From an uncultured Eubacteriales bacterium (lineage in GTDB: Bacteria > Actinomycetota > Coriobacteriia > Anaerosomatales > JAAXUF01), in the NCBI GenBank assembly GCA_964388455.1, contig CAYMAN010000010.1:1459-65458 (forward strand): 64,000 nt of DNA. Direction: 5' to 3'. Made by a program: the position numbers and the translations under genes. Of this stretch, positions 24,901 through 33,482 are shown one piece after another. Numbering within the stretch: the first letter of the stretch is position 1; the number at the start of each line of letters is the position of its first letter. The notes beneath the pieces were generated by a model, which ran no database searches, was not told where the DNA came from, and saw only the letters and a list, made by a program, of their open reading frames with translations.

Positions 24901-25790
24901 CGGTCGCGCACAAGCTCGCCCTCTTCAGGCGAGAGGACCGCAAACAGCTGCTGGCCGATGGCCTCCTCGGGTGTGTATCCGCTCAGGCGCTTAACCGATG
25001 GGCTCACGTAAAGTAGGCGCAGGTTTTCCGGGTCGAGCGTCCACACCACATCAGCCATGTTCTCGGTGAGAATGCGGTACTTCGCCTCGCTGGCGCTCAA
25101 CTCATCGATGATCGCTCGATTGAGCGCGTCGGACTTTGCGAGTTCTTCGAGCAAACGTCTCTGCTTGAGGTTCTGATACGCATGTTGCGAAAGGCGATCA
25201 GCCATCACGCGGAGGAAGCGAGCGAGCGCCGTGAACCTCTCCTCCGACATCGTGGGAGCCTCCGCGAGGGCCTCCATGAACTCGGTCTCATCCGCGCCGA
25301 TGTCGCGAGCGAAGGCTCGCATGGCCGCGTCGTCAGAATCGACCGGTCGCACCTGTCCGATCAGCCAGTTCGCGATGTGCTGACCTTCGATGATGATGCT
25401 CGCGCCCGAGTCCCACAGGCCGGCGCTCAGGCACGGCCTCGCACCGGACTCCGACGGATCCATGACGCCGAGAACCGCATCGGAGTGCGCGCATGCCGCA
25501 CGGCCCTTCTCGGTCCCGCGAATCACGTCAGCGCAGAGCCGGCAGAAGTTGCTGGGTCGCGTGATGGGTGTTCCGTCCGGATGCGTGATGAGCGACGCGA
25601 CCTGCGTTGCTTCCGCGAAGCGGTCCTGCAGCGCCTGAAGCTCTTCGAGGTCGAAGACCTCAAGGACGTCGATCCTGTCGCCACTCGCCGTAGATTCCCC
25701 AGCGGGCACTTCCTTGGAACTGAGCAACTCGACCCCCCTGAATCCCACGTGTTGCGCGTACGGAGTTGGTACCCAAGTGCCTCCACCCAA
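21909..25790 (-). CDS. Very large sensor histidine kinase (PocR-like N-terminal domain, multiple PAS, GAF, HisKA-HATPase)
   Basis: N-terminus [29 protein letters not shown]...GRAACAHSD...[12 protein letters not shown] resembles PocR sensory domains. At least six ..DIT.RK..E. PAS boundaries. The C-terminal transmitter is paralogous to those of the other two kinases. Confidence 0.8.
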   Translation of the reverse strand: [1293 protein letters not shown]

Positions 25791-25811
25791 TGCCGTTCAC
25801 GAGCGGCTTCC

Positions 25812-27638
25812 CTAAGGCCTCAGCGCCGCAAGCTCCCTCGGCGTCAGATCCAGCAGCCAGCCTCGCATCAACCGGCCGGTACGCCTGACGCGGTCCGCGC
25901 TCACGCGCGAGGCTGTGTCACGCACCGTGTGATAGTTCGGGTCCTCGCGCCACTCAAGCCATGCCACCGGAATTCCCACGTGCTCAAACGCTTCGTGGTC
26001 GCTCCAGCCAAAGCGCCCAGGGTCCTTCAAGAACGGCACCGCCTGCCCAGTGTAACGCCCCCACGACTGCAGCGAGCGGACAGTCGTCAAGGGTGCAAGG
26101 CGCATCGTGCGCACATTGAAGGTGCTTCCGGTGCCGACCATGTCGATCGCGATCATCGTCTGGATCTTCGCACGCTGCGCCGACGAGAGCGACGCGACGT
26201 ACTGCCGTGCACCAAAGTGGTGGTCGTCTGAGCTCGGGCCGGAGATCTCCTCGGCGGCGAAACCGATGAAGCGGATGGTGGGGACGAGTCCTTCTGCGTC
26301 TGCGAGGCAGCGCGCGAGTTCGAGTGTGACGGCGACTCCGGATGCGTTGTCGTTGGCGCCTGGTGACGGCGGCTTCGAGTCCAAATGCCCGCCGATGACG
26401 ATGACTTCCGGTGCGGTCCCGGGTCTCTCGGCGATGACGTTGCGGCTGGTGCGCCCGCCGGGCAGTCTGACGGACTGGAAGCTGACCGTGTAGCCGCTGG
26501 CGCGCAACCGACTCGCGAAGTAGTCGGCCGCCCTTCGCTCGGCGCTGCCGCCCGCCCCGCGTGGGCCCATGGCGGCGATGGTGCGGACGTGATCCGTCGC
26601 GTTCCCCGCCGAGAAACTGCGGGCTCTGAGCGCATGCTGCGTGCTGGTGCGGACGTGTGGCGGCACGCTCAAAGAACCGCCGAGGAACGTGAGTGACTCG
26701 ACGCCGGAGTGGCGTGCGAAGAGCGCCCGCGCGATGGGGTCGGGCAGCGACTTCGGGTCGAGCAACAAAAGCGGTGCACCGTATCGCGCGGCAAGCGACC
26801 CGCCGGCGAGCGCGTCACCGAACCCGGCTCCGGAGGCGAACACGGGCCGCGCGAACGTGAGTCCCAGCTCTTTCTCGGCGTACGAGGCCACTGCGGCGGA
26901 TACGGTGTAGCGATCCGACCCGCCGATACGGCGCACACGACCAGACCCGCCGAGCGCAGACGCGATCGCCCGCTCGGTCGCCGACGACACCGACGCCCTG
27001 CCGCCGATGATGACGGTGCCGGTCGCGCCGGTCGCGCGGACTGCCGCTGCGGTCGCCGCGGGTCGCCGCGGGTCCGCAAGCAGGATCGGCCAGGCGCGTG
27101 CGGCTGCCGGCGACGCACACGACAGCGCGTCTGCGAAGCCGGCTCCGGTGACGACGAACACCCGCTCCGGCGCGTGGCCGCTGATCCGCTCGACCTCTTC
27201 CGCGATGCGAGAGGCGACGGCGTATCGATTAGACCCTCCAAGACGCACGATGTCTGCGCCCGGCAGCAAGGCCCCGACCCGATTCTCAACTCGCGACGAC
27301 AACGCTCGCTCGCCACCGAGCACGTAGACGCGGGCGGGCCTGATGCGAGCGAGCTCGGACGCGGCTGCGGCCGACAACGAAGCGGGCGACGAGAGCAACA
27401 GCGGGCCGTGGGCTGCGCCCGAGAGGGCGGATCCGCCGAGAGCGTCCGGCCATGACGCGCCGCTGGCGAGAATGACGACAGACGCCGTCGGGAACGAGGC
27501 TCGAGAAACCGCGGCCGCGGTCTGATAGCGGTCCGCGCCCGCGATCACGCTGGCGGGAACCGCGGCTGCCGCTCCAGGAGCAACGTATGCGTACGCGAGC
27601 GCGCACGCGAGGAGGATGGCGATCTGGCCGATGGCGCA
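25812..27638 (-). CDS. Cell-wall-binding (CWB2) repeat protein fused to an M28-family aminopeptidase; start codon unresolved
   Basis: Three GADRY.TAA.VS...F....VV.ASG..WPDALGG..L repeats, and the M28 motif GANDNASGVAVTLELARCL. Track ORF 25812..27773 runs through the tRNA-Glu gene, so I truncated it at the tRNA boundary. No ATG, GTG or TTG occurs before 27548. Confidence 0.7.
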   Translation of the reverse strand, partial: CAIGQIAILLACALAYAYVAPGAAAAVPASVIAGADRYQTAAAVSRASFPTASVVILASGASWPDALGGSALSGAAHGPLLLSSPASLSAAAASELARIRPARVYVLGGERALSSRVENRVGALLPGADIVRLGGSNRYAVASRIAEEVERISGHAPERVFVVTGAGFADALSCASPAAARAWPILLADPRRPAATAAAVRATGATGTVIIGGRASVSSATERAIASALGGSGRVRRIGGSDRYTVSAAVASYAEKELGLTFARPVFASGAGFGDALAGGSLAARYGAPLLLLDPKSLPDPIARALFARHSGVESLTFLGGSLSVPPHVRTSTQHALRARSFSAGNATDHVRTIAAMGPRGAGGSAERRAADYFASRLRASGYTVSFQSVRLPGGRTSRNVIAERPGTAPEVIVIGGHLDSKPPSPGANDNASGVAVTLELARCLADAEGLVPTIRFIGFAAEEISGPSSDDHHFGARQYVASLSSAQRAKIQTMIAIDMVGTGSTFNVRTMRLAPLTTVRSLQSWGRYTGQAVPFLKDPGRFGWSDHEAFEHVGIPVAWLEWREDPNYHTVRDTASRVSADRVRRTGRLMRGWLLDLTPRELAALRP

Positions 27639-27639
27639 A

Positions 27640-27715
27640 TGGTGCCCCCAGGAGAATTCGAATCTCCGTCTCCTACCTGAGAGGCAGGCATCCTTGGCCA
27701 CTAGACGATGGGGGC
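27640..27715 (-). tRNA. tRNA-Glu (anticodon CTC), CCA encoded
   Basis: Reverse complement folds as GCCCCCA TC GTCT AGTGGCCAA GGAT G CCTGC CTCTCAG GTAGG AGAC GGAGA TTCGAAT TCTCC TGGGGGC A CCA (76 nt). Its layout parallels classical tRNA-Glu. Confidence 0.9.
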
Positions 27716-27769
27716 GCAGAAAGAATAACAGGTTCGCGCCGATCCGCCTGTGACCGATCCATGGGCGGC

Positions 27770-28369
27770 TCATTCCGCACCGCTGCGTACTCGCCTACGC
27801 ACGAACAGCCCGACGATAAGACCGATGCCCACCAGTACCGCAGCGACGATGCCCACGGCCGACCAGGGCATGGTGTCGGCGAACCATCGGCGGAGCTTCC
27901 AGATGGTCGCGCCGGCCGGACTCCCGGCGATGACGTCGACCTCGAGCCGCGGTCCTGCACCCACATTCACCTGCGCCGATGCCATGCCCTCCGGCAACTT
28001 GGGCGAGGCCGCCAAGAGCGCCGTGTACGGACCCGGTGGCGCGTCGGCCGGGATCACCAGAGTCGCCTTGATCACGGTCCACTCGTCGGCCTTCAGGTAA
28101 GCGACGTCGGGCTCGAACGTGACCCACGACGACGGTACGGTTGCCCCACCCTTGTACTGTGCGACTTTCAACACGTAACCCATGCTCTCCGTACCCGTAT
28201 TGCCGATCTGGAACGTCGGGAGAGGGTAGGTACCGCCTGCGACCAGCTCTTGATCCACCTTGATTCGAGCTGTGTCCGTTCCGACGCCGATGCTCACCCC
28301 CCACGCACTGGCCCCGGTAGCGAGCACGAGGATCACCGTGCACGCGAGTACCCTGATGAAGCGATGCAT
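27770..28369 (-). CDS. Secreted protein with C-terminal transmembrane anchor (surface protein, family unknown)
   Basis: Signal peptide FIRVLACTVILVLATGASAWG, a beta-rich body, and a C-terminal WSAVGIVAAVLVGIGLIVGLFVRRRVR anchor. SD GGAAGG before the ATG at 28369. Confidence 0.5.
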   Translation of the reverse strand: MHRFIRVLACTVILVLATGASAWGVSIGVGTDTARIKVDQELVAGGTYPLPTFQIGNTGTESMGYVLKVAQYKGGATVPSSWVTFEPDVAYLKADEWTVIKATLVIPADAPPGPYTALLAASPKLPEGMASAQVNVGAGPRLEVDVIAGSPAGATIWKLRRWFADTMPWSAVGIVAAVLVGIGLIVGLFVRRRVRSGAE

Positions 28370-28391
28370 GGCTACGCCTTCCGTCGGCAGA

Positions 28392-29111
28392 TCACTTGAC
28401 GCTCTGTTCTGTCACCTGCAGGACATATCCGTCACGAACGTCGAGCCAGAACCAGGCCTTCGCCCACTTTTCGCTCTCTGACGTACCTCCCGGAAGTACC
28501 CGCACCAGCTCGCTCGCGCTGATCGAGGATGCGCCTTTGGGCTTGCCGGGCCACGACGCCACCCTGACCTTGGCATCCTTCAGCAGCTTCAGCCGCGTCT
28601 TTCGATCCGACGTATCGAGGATGAAGGAGCCGTCGGAGTTGGTGAGCTTGCCCAGTGAGCTGGCGAGCGAGAAGGCGGGCGTACCGGTCAGGTATTCTGC
28701 GGAATCGACCTGCAACTCCCAACCGTACGACCCTTTCGTGACTCTCCGAACACTGCCAAACACTCGCTGTGTGCCTGGCGCGCTAGGTGGTGCGACGGTT
28801 GCGGTCGGCTCGGGCTGACTGGCTGGCTCCGCTGTGGCGGTAGAGGTGTCAGCAGCTACGATCGCAGCAAGGAGACGTTGGTCTGTGGACAGGTCGGTGA
28901 TCTGCTGCTCCAACTGCCCCAGACGCGCCTCTTGGGTCTGCAGTGTCGAACGCTGGCCGAGTGCGTAGACGGTGAGGCACCCCGCAGCGCCCACCAGCAC
29001 TACACCCGCGAACCACAGTGCGATGACTCTGCGCCATTGTTTGAAGTCGGTGCGGGTCATCAGTTCTCCCATGGTGTCGGCGTGTCTCGGCATGTGCGCT
29101 CTCTTAAGCAT
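28392..29111 (-). CDS. N-terminally membrane-anchored protein with coiled-coil and Thr/Pro-rich linker, function unknown
   Basis: TM helix VIALWFAGVVLVGAAGCLTVYAL, then the LQTQEARLGQLEQQITDL coil and a TSTATAEPASQPEPTATVAPPSAP linker. The start is ambiguous among four in-frame ATGs. Confidence 0.45.
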   Translation of the reverse strand: MLKRAHMPRHADTMGELMTRTDFKQWRRVIALWFAGVVLVGAAGCLTVYALGQRSTLQTQEARLGQLEQQITDLSTDQRLLAAIVAADTSTATAEPASQPEPTATVAPPSAPGTQRVFGSVRRVTKGSYGWELQVDSAEYLTGTPAFSLASSLGKLTNSDGSFILDTSDRKTRLKLLKDAKVRVASWPGKPKGASSISASELVRVLPGGTSESEKWAKAWFWLDVRDGYVLQVTEQSVK

Positions 29112-29191
29112 TATCTGCCTAACGCCGGGTCAAAATCGAGGGCCCGGCACCAGCCGGACCCTCGATCGAGCAGGTTCTTTCGCGTGACGTG

Positions 29192-29725
29192 CTACTGGCT
29201 GACGGGCACCGCGTAGACCGTTGCGCTCCAGTTGTAGGTCCCAGGTGTCCTAGTGCAGGTGGGCGTCATCAAGGTGGCATTGAGGGCTACTGTCTCCTGG
29301 TATCCAAGGATCGGCACGAGCACACGGGCATCCTTGGACACGAACACCGCGTTGCCTTCGGATCCAGGTGCGTTGTTAATGAAGTACCAGGCGAACACAC
29401 CAGGGGCGGGGGTATCGGCCAACGCCCAACTCGAATTGTTGGGGCCTGTGGCGTCAGTGCCTTGGATCATGATGGTGGCTGCACCAGTGCCGGAGTTGCG
29501 AACGATGATCGCGTGGTCGTTGATCTCCGGAACGGCGTCGCCGATTCCGGCTGCCCCAAAGGTGAGGTCCGATCCGAGCTCGAGATTCACACAGTACCGC
29601 TCCATCTCCACTGAGGCAGTCACCAGCGCGGTGCCATTCTGCGCGAACGCCGGAGTCGCCATGGCGAGTAGCATCACCAGTGTGGTGATGGCCGCCGCGA
29701 GTGTGGATGTCGTGTGCTCCTTCAT
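29192..29725 (-). CDS. Small secreted protein (177 aa), possibly WxL-like
   Basis: Signal peptide AAAITTLVMLLAMATPAFA-QN. Contains SSWALADTP and a C-terminal GTYNWSATVYAVP, reminiscent of the two WxL motifs of Firmicute surface proteins. The similarity is tentative. Confidence 0.45.
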   Translation of the reverse strand: MKEHTTSTLAAAITTLVMLLAMATPAFAQNGTALVTASVEMERYCVNLELGSDLTFGAAGIGDAVPEINDHAIIVRNSGTGAATIMIQGTDATGPNNSSWALADTPAPGVFAWYFINNAPGSEGNAVFVSKDARVLVPILGYQETVALNATLMTPTCTRTPGTYNWSATVYAVPVSQ

Positions 29726-29992
29726 TAGAACCTCAGCTCCCCTGCTGACAGTGTCCGCAAAACGGTCAACGCCCGTGCGGTCCGACTCACGTCCCGATCA
29801 CCCGCCTCTTGCCGGTGATCAGAGGCTCCCATGTGCCTCACACAAAACATCGGGCCCGTAACAGGGGTGCTGAACAGGTGCTTTCCTCAGGCTTTTCAAG
29901 GTGCCTAAACTCCCATTGGAGATTTCTTAATCTTCGAGTCAGTGCACACTGGCGGGAACGGAGCCTCCGCGGTGAACTCTTGTGACCCGTCT

Positions 29993-30955
29993 TTATAGAA
30001 GGCCAAACACCGCAGCCACGCCCAACAGGACAAGCATAAGCACCTCGAGCGCGACCAGCAGACGCACTGCCGCGCGCACATCCGACCCGCGAGGCACGGG
30101 ATACGCCTCAGCGATCAAGGGACGCGCCGACGGCACTCCGGCGTAGTGCACGGTCCCGCCGAGACGAACCCCCAGCGCGCCCGCGAACGCCGCCTCGCCG
30201 TGCGCGGAGTTGGGGCTCGCGTGCTTGAGCCTGTCGCGCATCCCGGTCGCCCATGCAGCACGCCAGTCGCCCCCGACGACCGCGGAAGCCGCCACCACCA
30301 GCGGGATCGCGAGACGGGCCGGGAACCACGCCAGCGCATCGTCGAGTCTCGCCCCCGCGGTACCAAAGCGCTCATATCGCTCGTTGCGGTATCCGACCAT
30401 CGAGTCCAGCGTACTTGCGGCCTTATGCGCCCACGCTCCGGCCGGCCCGAGTGCCAATGCCCAGAAAGCGGGCGCGATGAGTGCGTCCACGGAATTCTCG
30501 GCGATGGTTTCGATGGTCGCTCGGGCGATCTCGGACTCGCCGAGTAGATTGGTGTCTCGGCCGACGATGCCCGCAAGTGAACTTCGGGCGCCGGGGAGAT
30601 CGTCGGCTTCGATGCGTGCCGCGATTGCGCGACCCTCGTCGGCCAGTGCCCGACCGGCGACGGAGAAGTAGATGAGCGCGGCGTCGATGGTCAGACCGGC
30701 GAGCAGGCCGCCGTATCGCCAAGCAGCCACGCTCAAGCCGAGGGCAAGGCCCCCGGCAAGCAACAACGTCGCGATCGCGAGGAGCGCGCCGGCGATCCTG
30801 TCGGGCAGCGGCGTGCGTCGAAGAATCCGCTCCCCTGCTGCGATCGCCGCGCCCAGCAGTCGCACGGGGTGCATTCGGTAATGCGGGTCGCCAAGCACGA
30901 GGTCGAGCACGAGCGCGAGTGCGAGTGCCAACGGGCGGACGGCAAGCCAGCTCAT
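29993..30955 (-). CDS. cbiB: Adenosylcobinamide-phosphate synthase CbiB/CobD (membrane)
   Basis: Track ORF trimmed to the ATG at 30955 (ATGA overlap with the upstream stop). LDLVLGDPHYRMHPVRLLG...GIVGRDT..L....I.RATIETIAEN are typical CbiB motifs. Confidence 0.85.
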   Translation of the reverse strand: MSWLAVRPLALALALVLDLVLGDPHYRMHPVRLLGAAIAAGERILRRTPLPDRIAGALLAIATLLLAGGLALGLSVAAWRYGGLLAGLTIDAALIYFSVAGRALADEGRAIAARIEADDLPGARSSLAGIVGRDTNLLGESEIARATIETIAENSVDALIAPAFWALALGPAGAWAHKAASTLDSMVGYRNERYERFGTAGARLDDALAWFPARLAIPLVVAASAVVGGDWRAAWATGMRDRLKHASPNSAHGEAAFAGALGVRLGGTVHYAGVPSARPLIAEAYPVPRGSDVRAAVRLLVALEVLMLVLLGVAAVFGLL

Positions 30956-31986
30956 CGTGCGTGCGCCTCGCACTGTTCGACGATGGCCGCAGCGACCAAC
31001 GCGTTCTCGGCGGGAGATCGCACGCCTACGCGCAGCCAGTGGGGCCCAAGGCCGATGAAGGTCGATGCGTCGCGCACGCCGATGCCGCGTGCCGCCAGCA
31101 CATCGCGCAGCTCCGCAGCACAGACGGGCTCCGGCAGTTCGACAAGGATGTAGGGTGCGACGCCTTCGCACACACGGATACTCGGGATTTCCGCGAGCGT
31201 GTTCGCAAGTTCCGCGCGGGCCCCGGCGAGCCAGGCGCGCGTTCGGATGAGGTACTCGGACTCGCGCGCGAGGGCTTCGGCGGCTTCGGCGGCAAGGGCG
31301 TTGACGCTCCACGGATCGCGCAACCGGCTCATGCGCTCCACTGTCTCGGCGTCGCCCACGAGTATGCCGAGGCGCAAGCCGGGAACGCAGAACATCTTCG
31401 TGAGCGAGGTGACGACAAGTACGCCGGGGAGTTCGCCGGCCGACATCGAGAGGTCATCGGCGTCGACAAGGAATGGCAGGAAGGACTCGTCGAGCAGGAT
31501 TCGCACGCCTGCGCGGGCAAGATCGGCGATCATATCCGGGGACGTGAGATGCCCGGTCGGATTGTTCGGCTGGCCTAAGACGAGCAGGTCGCCCTCACGG
31601 GACTCGTAGTCGACAGCGGGGGTCGACCATGCGCTGCCCTCGAGCCGGAAGTCCAGCCGCACGACATCGGCGCCGATCGACTCGGCGGCTGATGCGTACT
31701 CGGAGTAGCAGGGCTCGAATATGACGACGCGTTTGGGCCGCAGTGCCCGCATGGCAAGCGAGATCAGCTCGCTGGCTCCGTTGCCGACAAGTAGATGCTC
31801 GGTCGGGATCCCGAGCCTGGTCGCCCACTCCCGTCTCGCGCTTGCGGCATCTATCTCGGGGTAGCGCATCGCCAACTCGCGCGCACGCGAGAAGACGATG
31901 TCCAGGCAGGCCGGCGGCCCGAATGGATTGACGTTGACGCTTGCGTCGATCGAGGCGTTCGGCGAGCCGCCGTGGTCGTATTTCAC
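30952..31986 (-). CDS. cobD: Threonine-phosphate decarboxylase (CobD/CobC, class I/II aminotransferase fold)
   Basis: GTG at 31986 with a GGAGGAGG SD and a GTGA overlap. KYDHGG...NVNPFGPP...LLVGNGASELI...QPNNPTG...SLTKMFCVPGLRLG are typical. Confidence 0.8.
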   Translation of the reverse strand: MKYDHGGSPNASIDASVNVNPFGPPACLDIVFSRARELAMRYPEIDAASARREWATRLGIPTEHLLVGNGASELISLAMRALRPKRVVIFEPCYSEYASAAESIGADVVRLDFRLEGSAWSTPAVDYESREGDLLVLGQPNNPTGHLTSPDMIADLARAGVRILLDESFLPFLVDADDLSMSAGELPGVLVVTSLTKMFCVPGLRLGILVGDAETVERMSRLRDPWSVNALAAEAAEALARESEYLIRTRAWLAGARAELANTLAEIPSIRVCEGVAPYILVELPEPVCAAELRDVLAARGIGVRDASTFIGLGPHWLRVGVRSPAENALVAAAIVEQCEAHAR

Positions 31987-33482
31987 AGTGCCTCCTCCAT
32001 CCCCACCATGCGCGCAACGGCGGCCAGATCGAGGTGCTCCTCGAGCATGTCGGCCAAGCGATCGATGGGATCGGCGAGCTGCTGCGCCTGCAGGCCGACG
32101 GGCTGGAGCCCTCGACGCTGCCGCAAGCCGTCGAGCCACGTGCGCCGCAACGTCGCGTCGTCGAAGATGCCGTGCAGGTAGGTCCCACAGACGGGCAGAT
32201 CACTCGCGACAGCGCCGTCTTCGTATGCACTGCCGTCAGCTGCCCCAAGGCGCACAAGCGCGACGGCATCAGCACCACGCGCCGTGCGCCCCATGTGAAT
32301 CTCGTAGCCGTGCACGGGCGTCCCGCTCTTCCCGAGCGCCGCACCGGTCAGCGCCCCACTCGCGCGAACCGTGCGCTTCTCGGCCTCGAACACGGTAACG
32401 ACGTCGAGGAGCCCAAGGCCGTCGACTCCACCGCCCTCCACGCCGAGAGGATCCTCGATGCGCTGGCCGAGCATCTGGTAGCCGCCGCAGATGCCGACGA
32501 CCGGCACGCCCGCTCGCGCAGCCGAGAGGATCGCTTCGGCGAGTCCGCTCGCGCGCAGCCATGCGAGATCGGCGGTCGTGGACTTGGAGCCGGGGATGAC
32601 GATCGCGTCGACATCGCGCAGGTCGCCGGCGGTGCGCGCCCAACGTGTCGCGACATCGGGCTCGGCGGCGAGCGCACTGATATCGGTGAAGTTCGAGACG
32701 TAGGGCAGCCGGATAGCGGCGATCGTGATATCGGCGGCAGGGTTCTGGGCGGCCTCTTCGATGCCGAGCGAGTCCTCCTCGTCTCCGCGCCACTCCGTGA
32801 GATACGGCAGTACGCCGAGCACGGGCACGCCGTAGCGCTCCTGAAGCATGGCGATCCCGGAGTCCAGCAGCGAGGCATCGCCACGGAACCGGTTGATGAC
32901 GAAGCCGGTCACGAGTGCGCGCTCATCGGCGGTGAGCAACTCCATGGTACCCACGAGCGACGCGAAGAGTCCTCCCCTGTCGATGTCCGCGACGATGATG
33001 ACAGGGGAGGCCGCGTGCAGCGCGACGGCCATGTTCGCGATGTCGCGGTGGCGGATGTTGATCTCCGCGGGGCTGCCCGCGCCTTCGATGATGACGAGGT
33101 CATGGGTGGCACGCAGGCGTCCGAGGGCGTCGGTGACCACGGGCCAGACCTGCTCCTGGTATGCGTGGTACTCGCGGACCTGCATGACGTCGACCGGTTT
33201 GCCGAGGACGATGACCTGGCTTCCCGTGGGCGAGCACGGCTTGAGGAGAACCGGGTTCATGTCGGCATGGGGCTCGATGCCCGCGCCAGCGGCCTGGAAC
33301 GCCTGCGCGCGACCGATTTCGGCGCCTTCAGGCGTGACAGCCGAATTGAGCGCCATGTTCTGGCTCTTGAATGGCGCCACCGAAATACCTCGCCGAGCAA
33401 AGACACGGCACAACCCGGCGACCAGCACCGACTTGCCCGCGTGCGACGTGGTTCCCTGCACCATGAGCGTGTTGGCCGGCAT
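31983..33482 (-). CDS. cobQ: Cobyric acid synthase CobQ/CbiP
   Basis: LMVQGTTSHAGKSVLVAGLCR...PFKSQNMALNS...NPVLLKP and a C-terminal GATase domain (GICGGYQMLG). Trimmed to the ATG at 33482. Confidence 0.9.
   Translation of the reverse strand: MPANTLMVQGTTSHAGKSVLVAGLCRVFARRGISVAPFKSQNMALNSAVTPEGAEIGRAQAFQAAGAGIEPHADMNPVLLKPCSPTGSQVIVLGKPVDVMQVREYHAYQEQVWPVVTDALGRLRATHDLVIIEGAGSPAEINIRHRDIANMAVALHAASPVIIVADIDRGGLFASLVGTMELLTADERALVTGFVINRFRGDASLLDSGIAMLQERYGVPVLGVLPYLTEWRGDEEDSLGIEEAAQNPAADITIAAIRLPYVSNFTDISALAAEPDVATRWARTAGDLRDVDAIVIPGSKSTTADLAWLRASGLAEAILSAARAGVPVVGICGGYQMLGQRIEDPLGVEGGGVDGLGLLDVVTVFEAEKRTVRASGALTGAALGKSGTPVHGYEIHMGRTARGADAVALVRLGAADGSAYEDGAVASDLPVCGTYLHGIFDDATLRRTWLDGLRQRRGLQPVGLQAQQLADPIDRLADMLEEHLDLAAVARMVGMEEAL

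Noticed and set aside
25812-27773. The full-length track ORF as the CWB2-M28 gene with its ATG at 27773.
   Set aside because: That reading translates straight through a well-folding tRNA-Glu gene (27640-27715). The N-terminal 45 codons are therefore almost certainly not coding.
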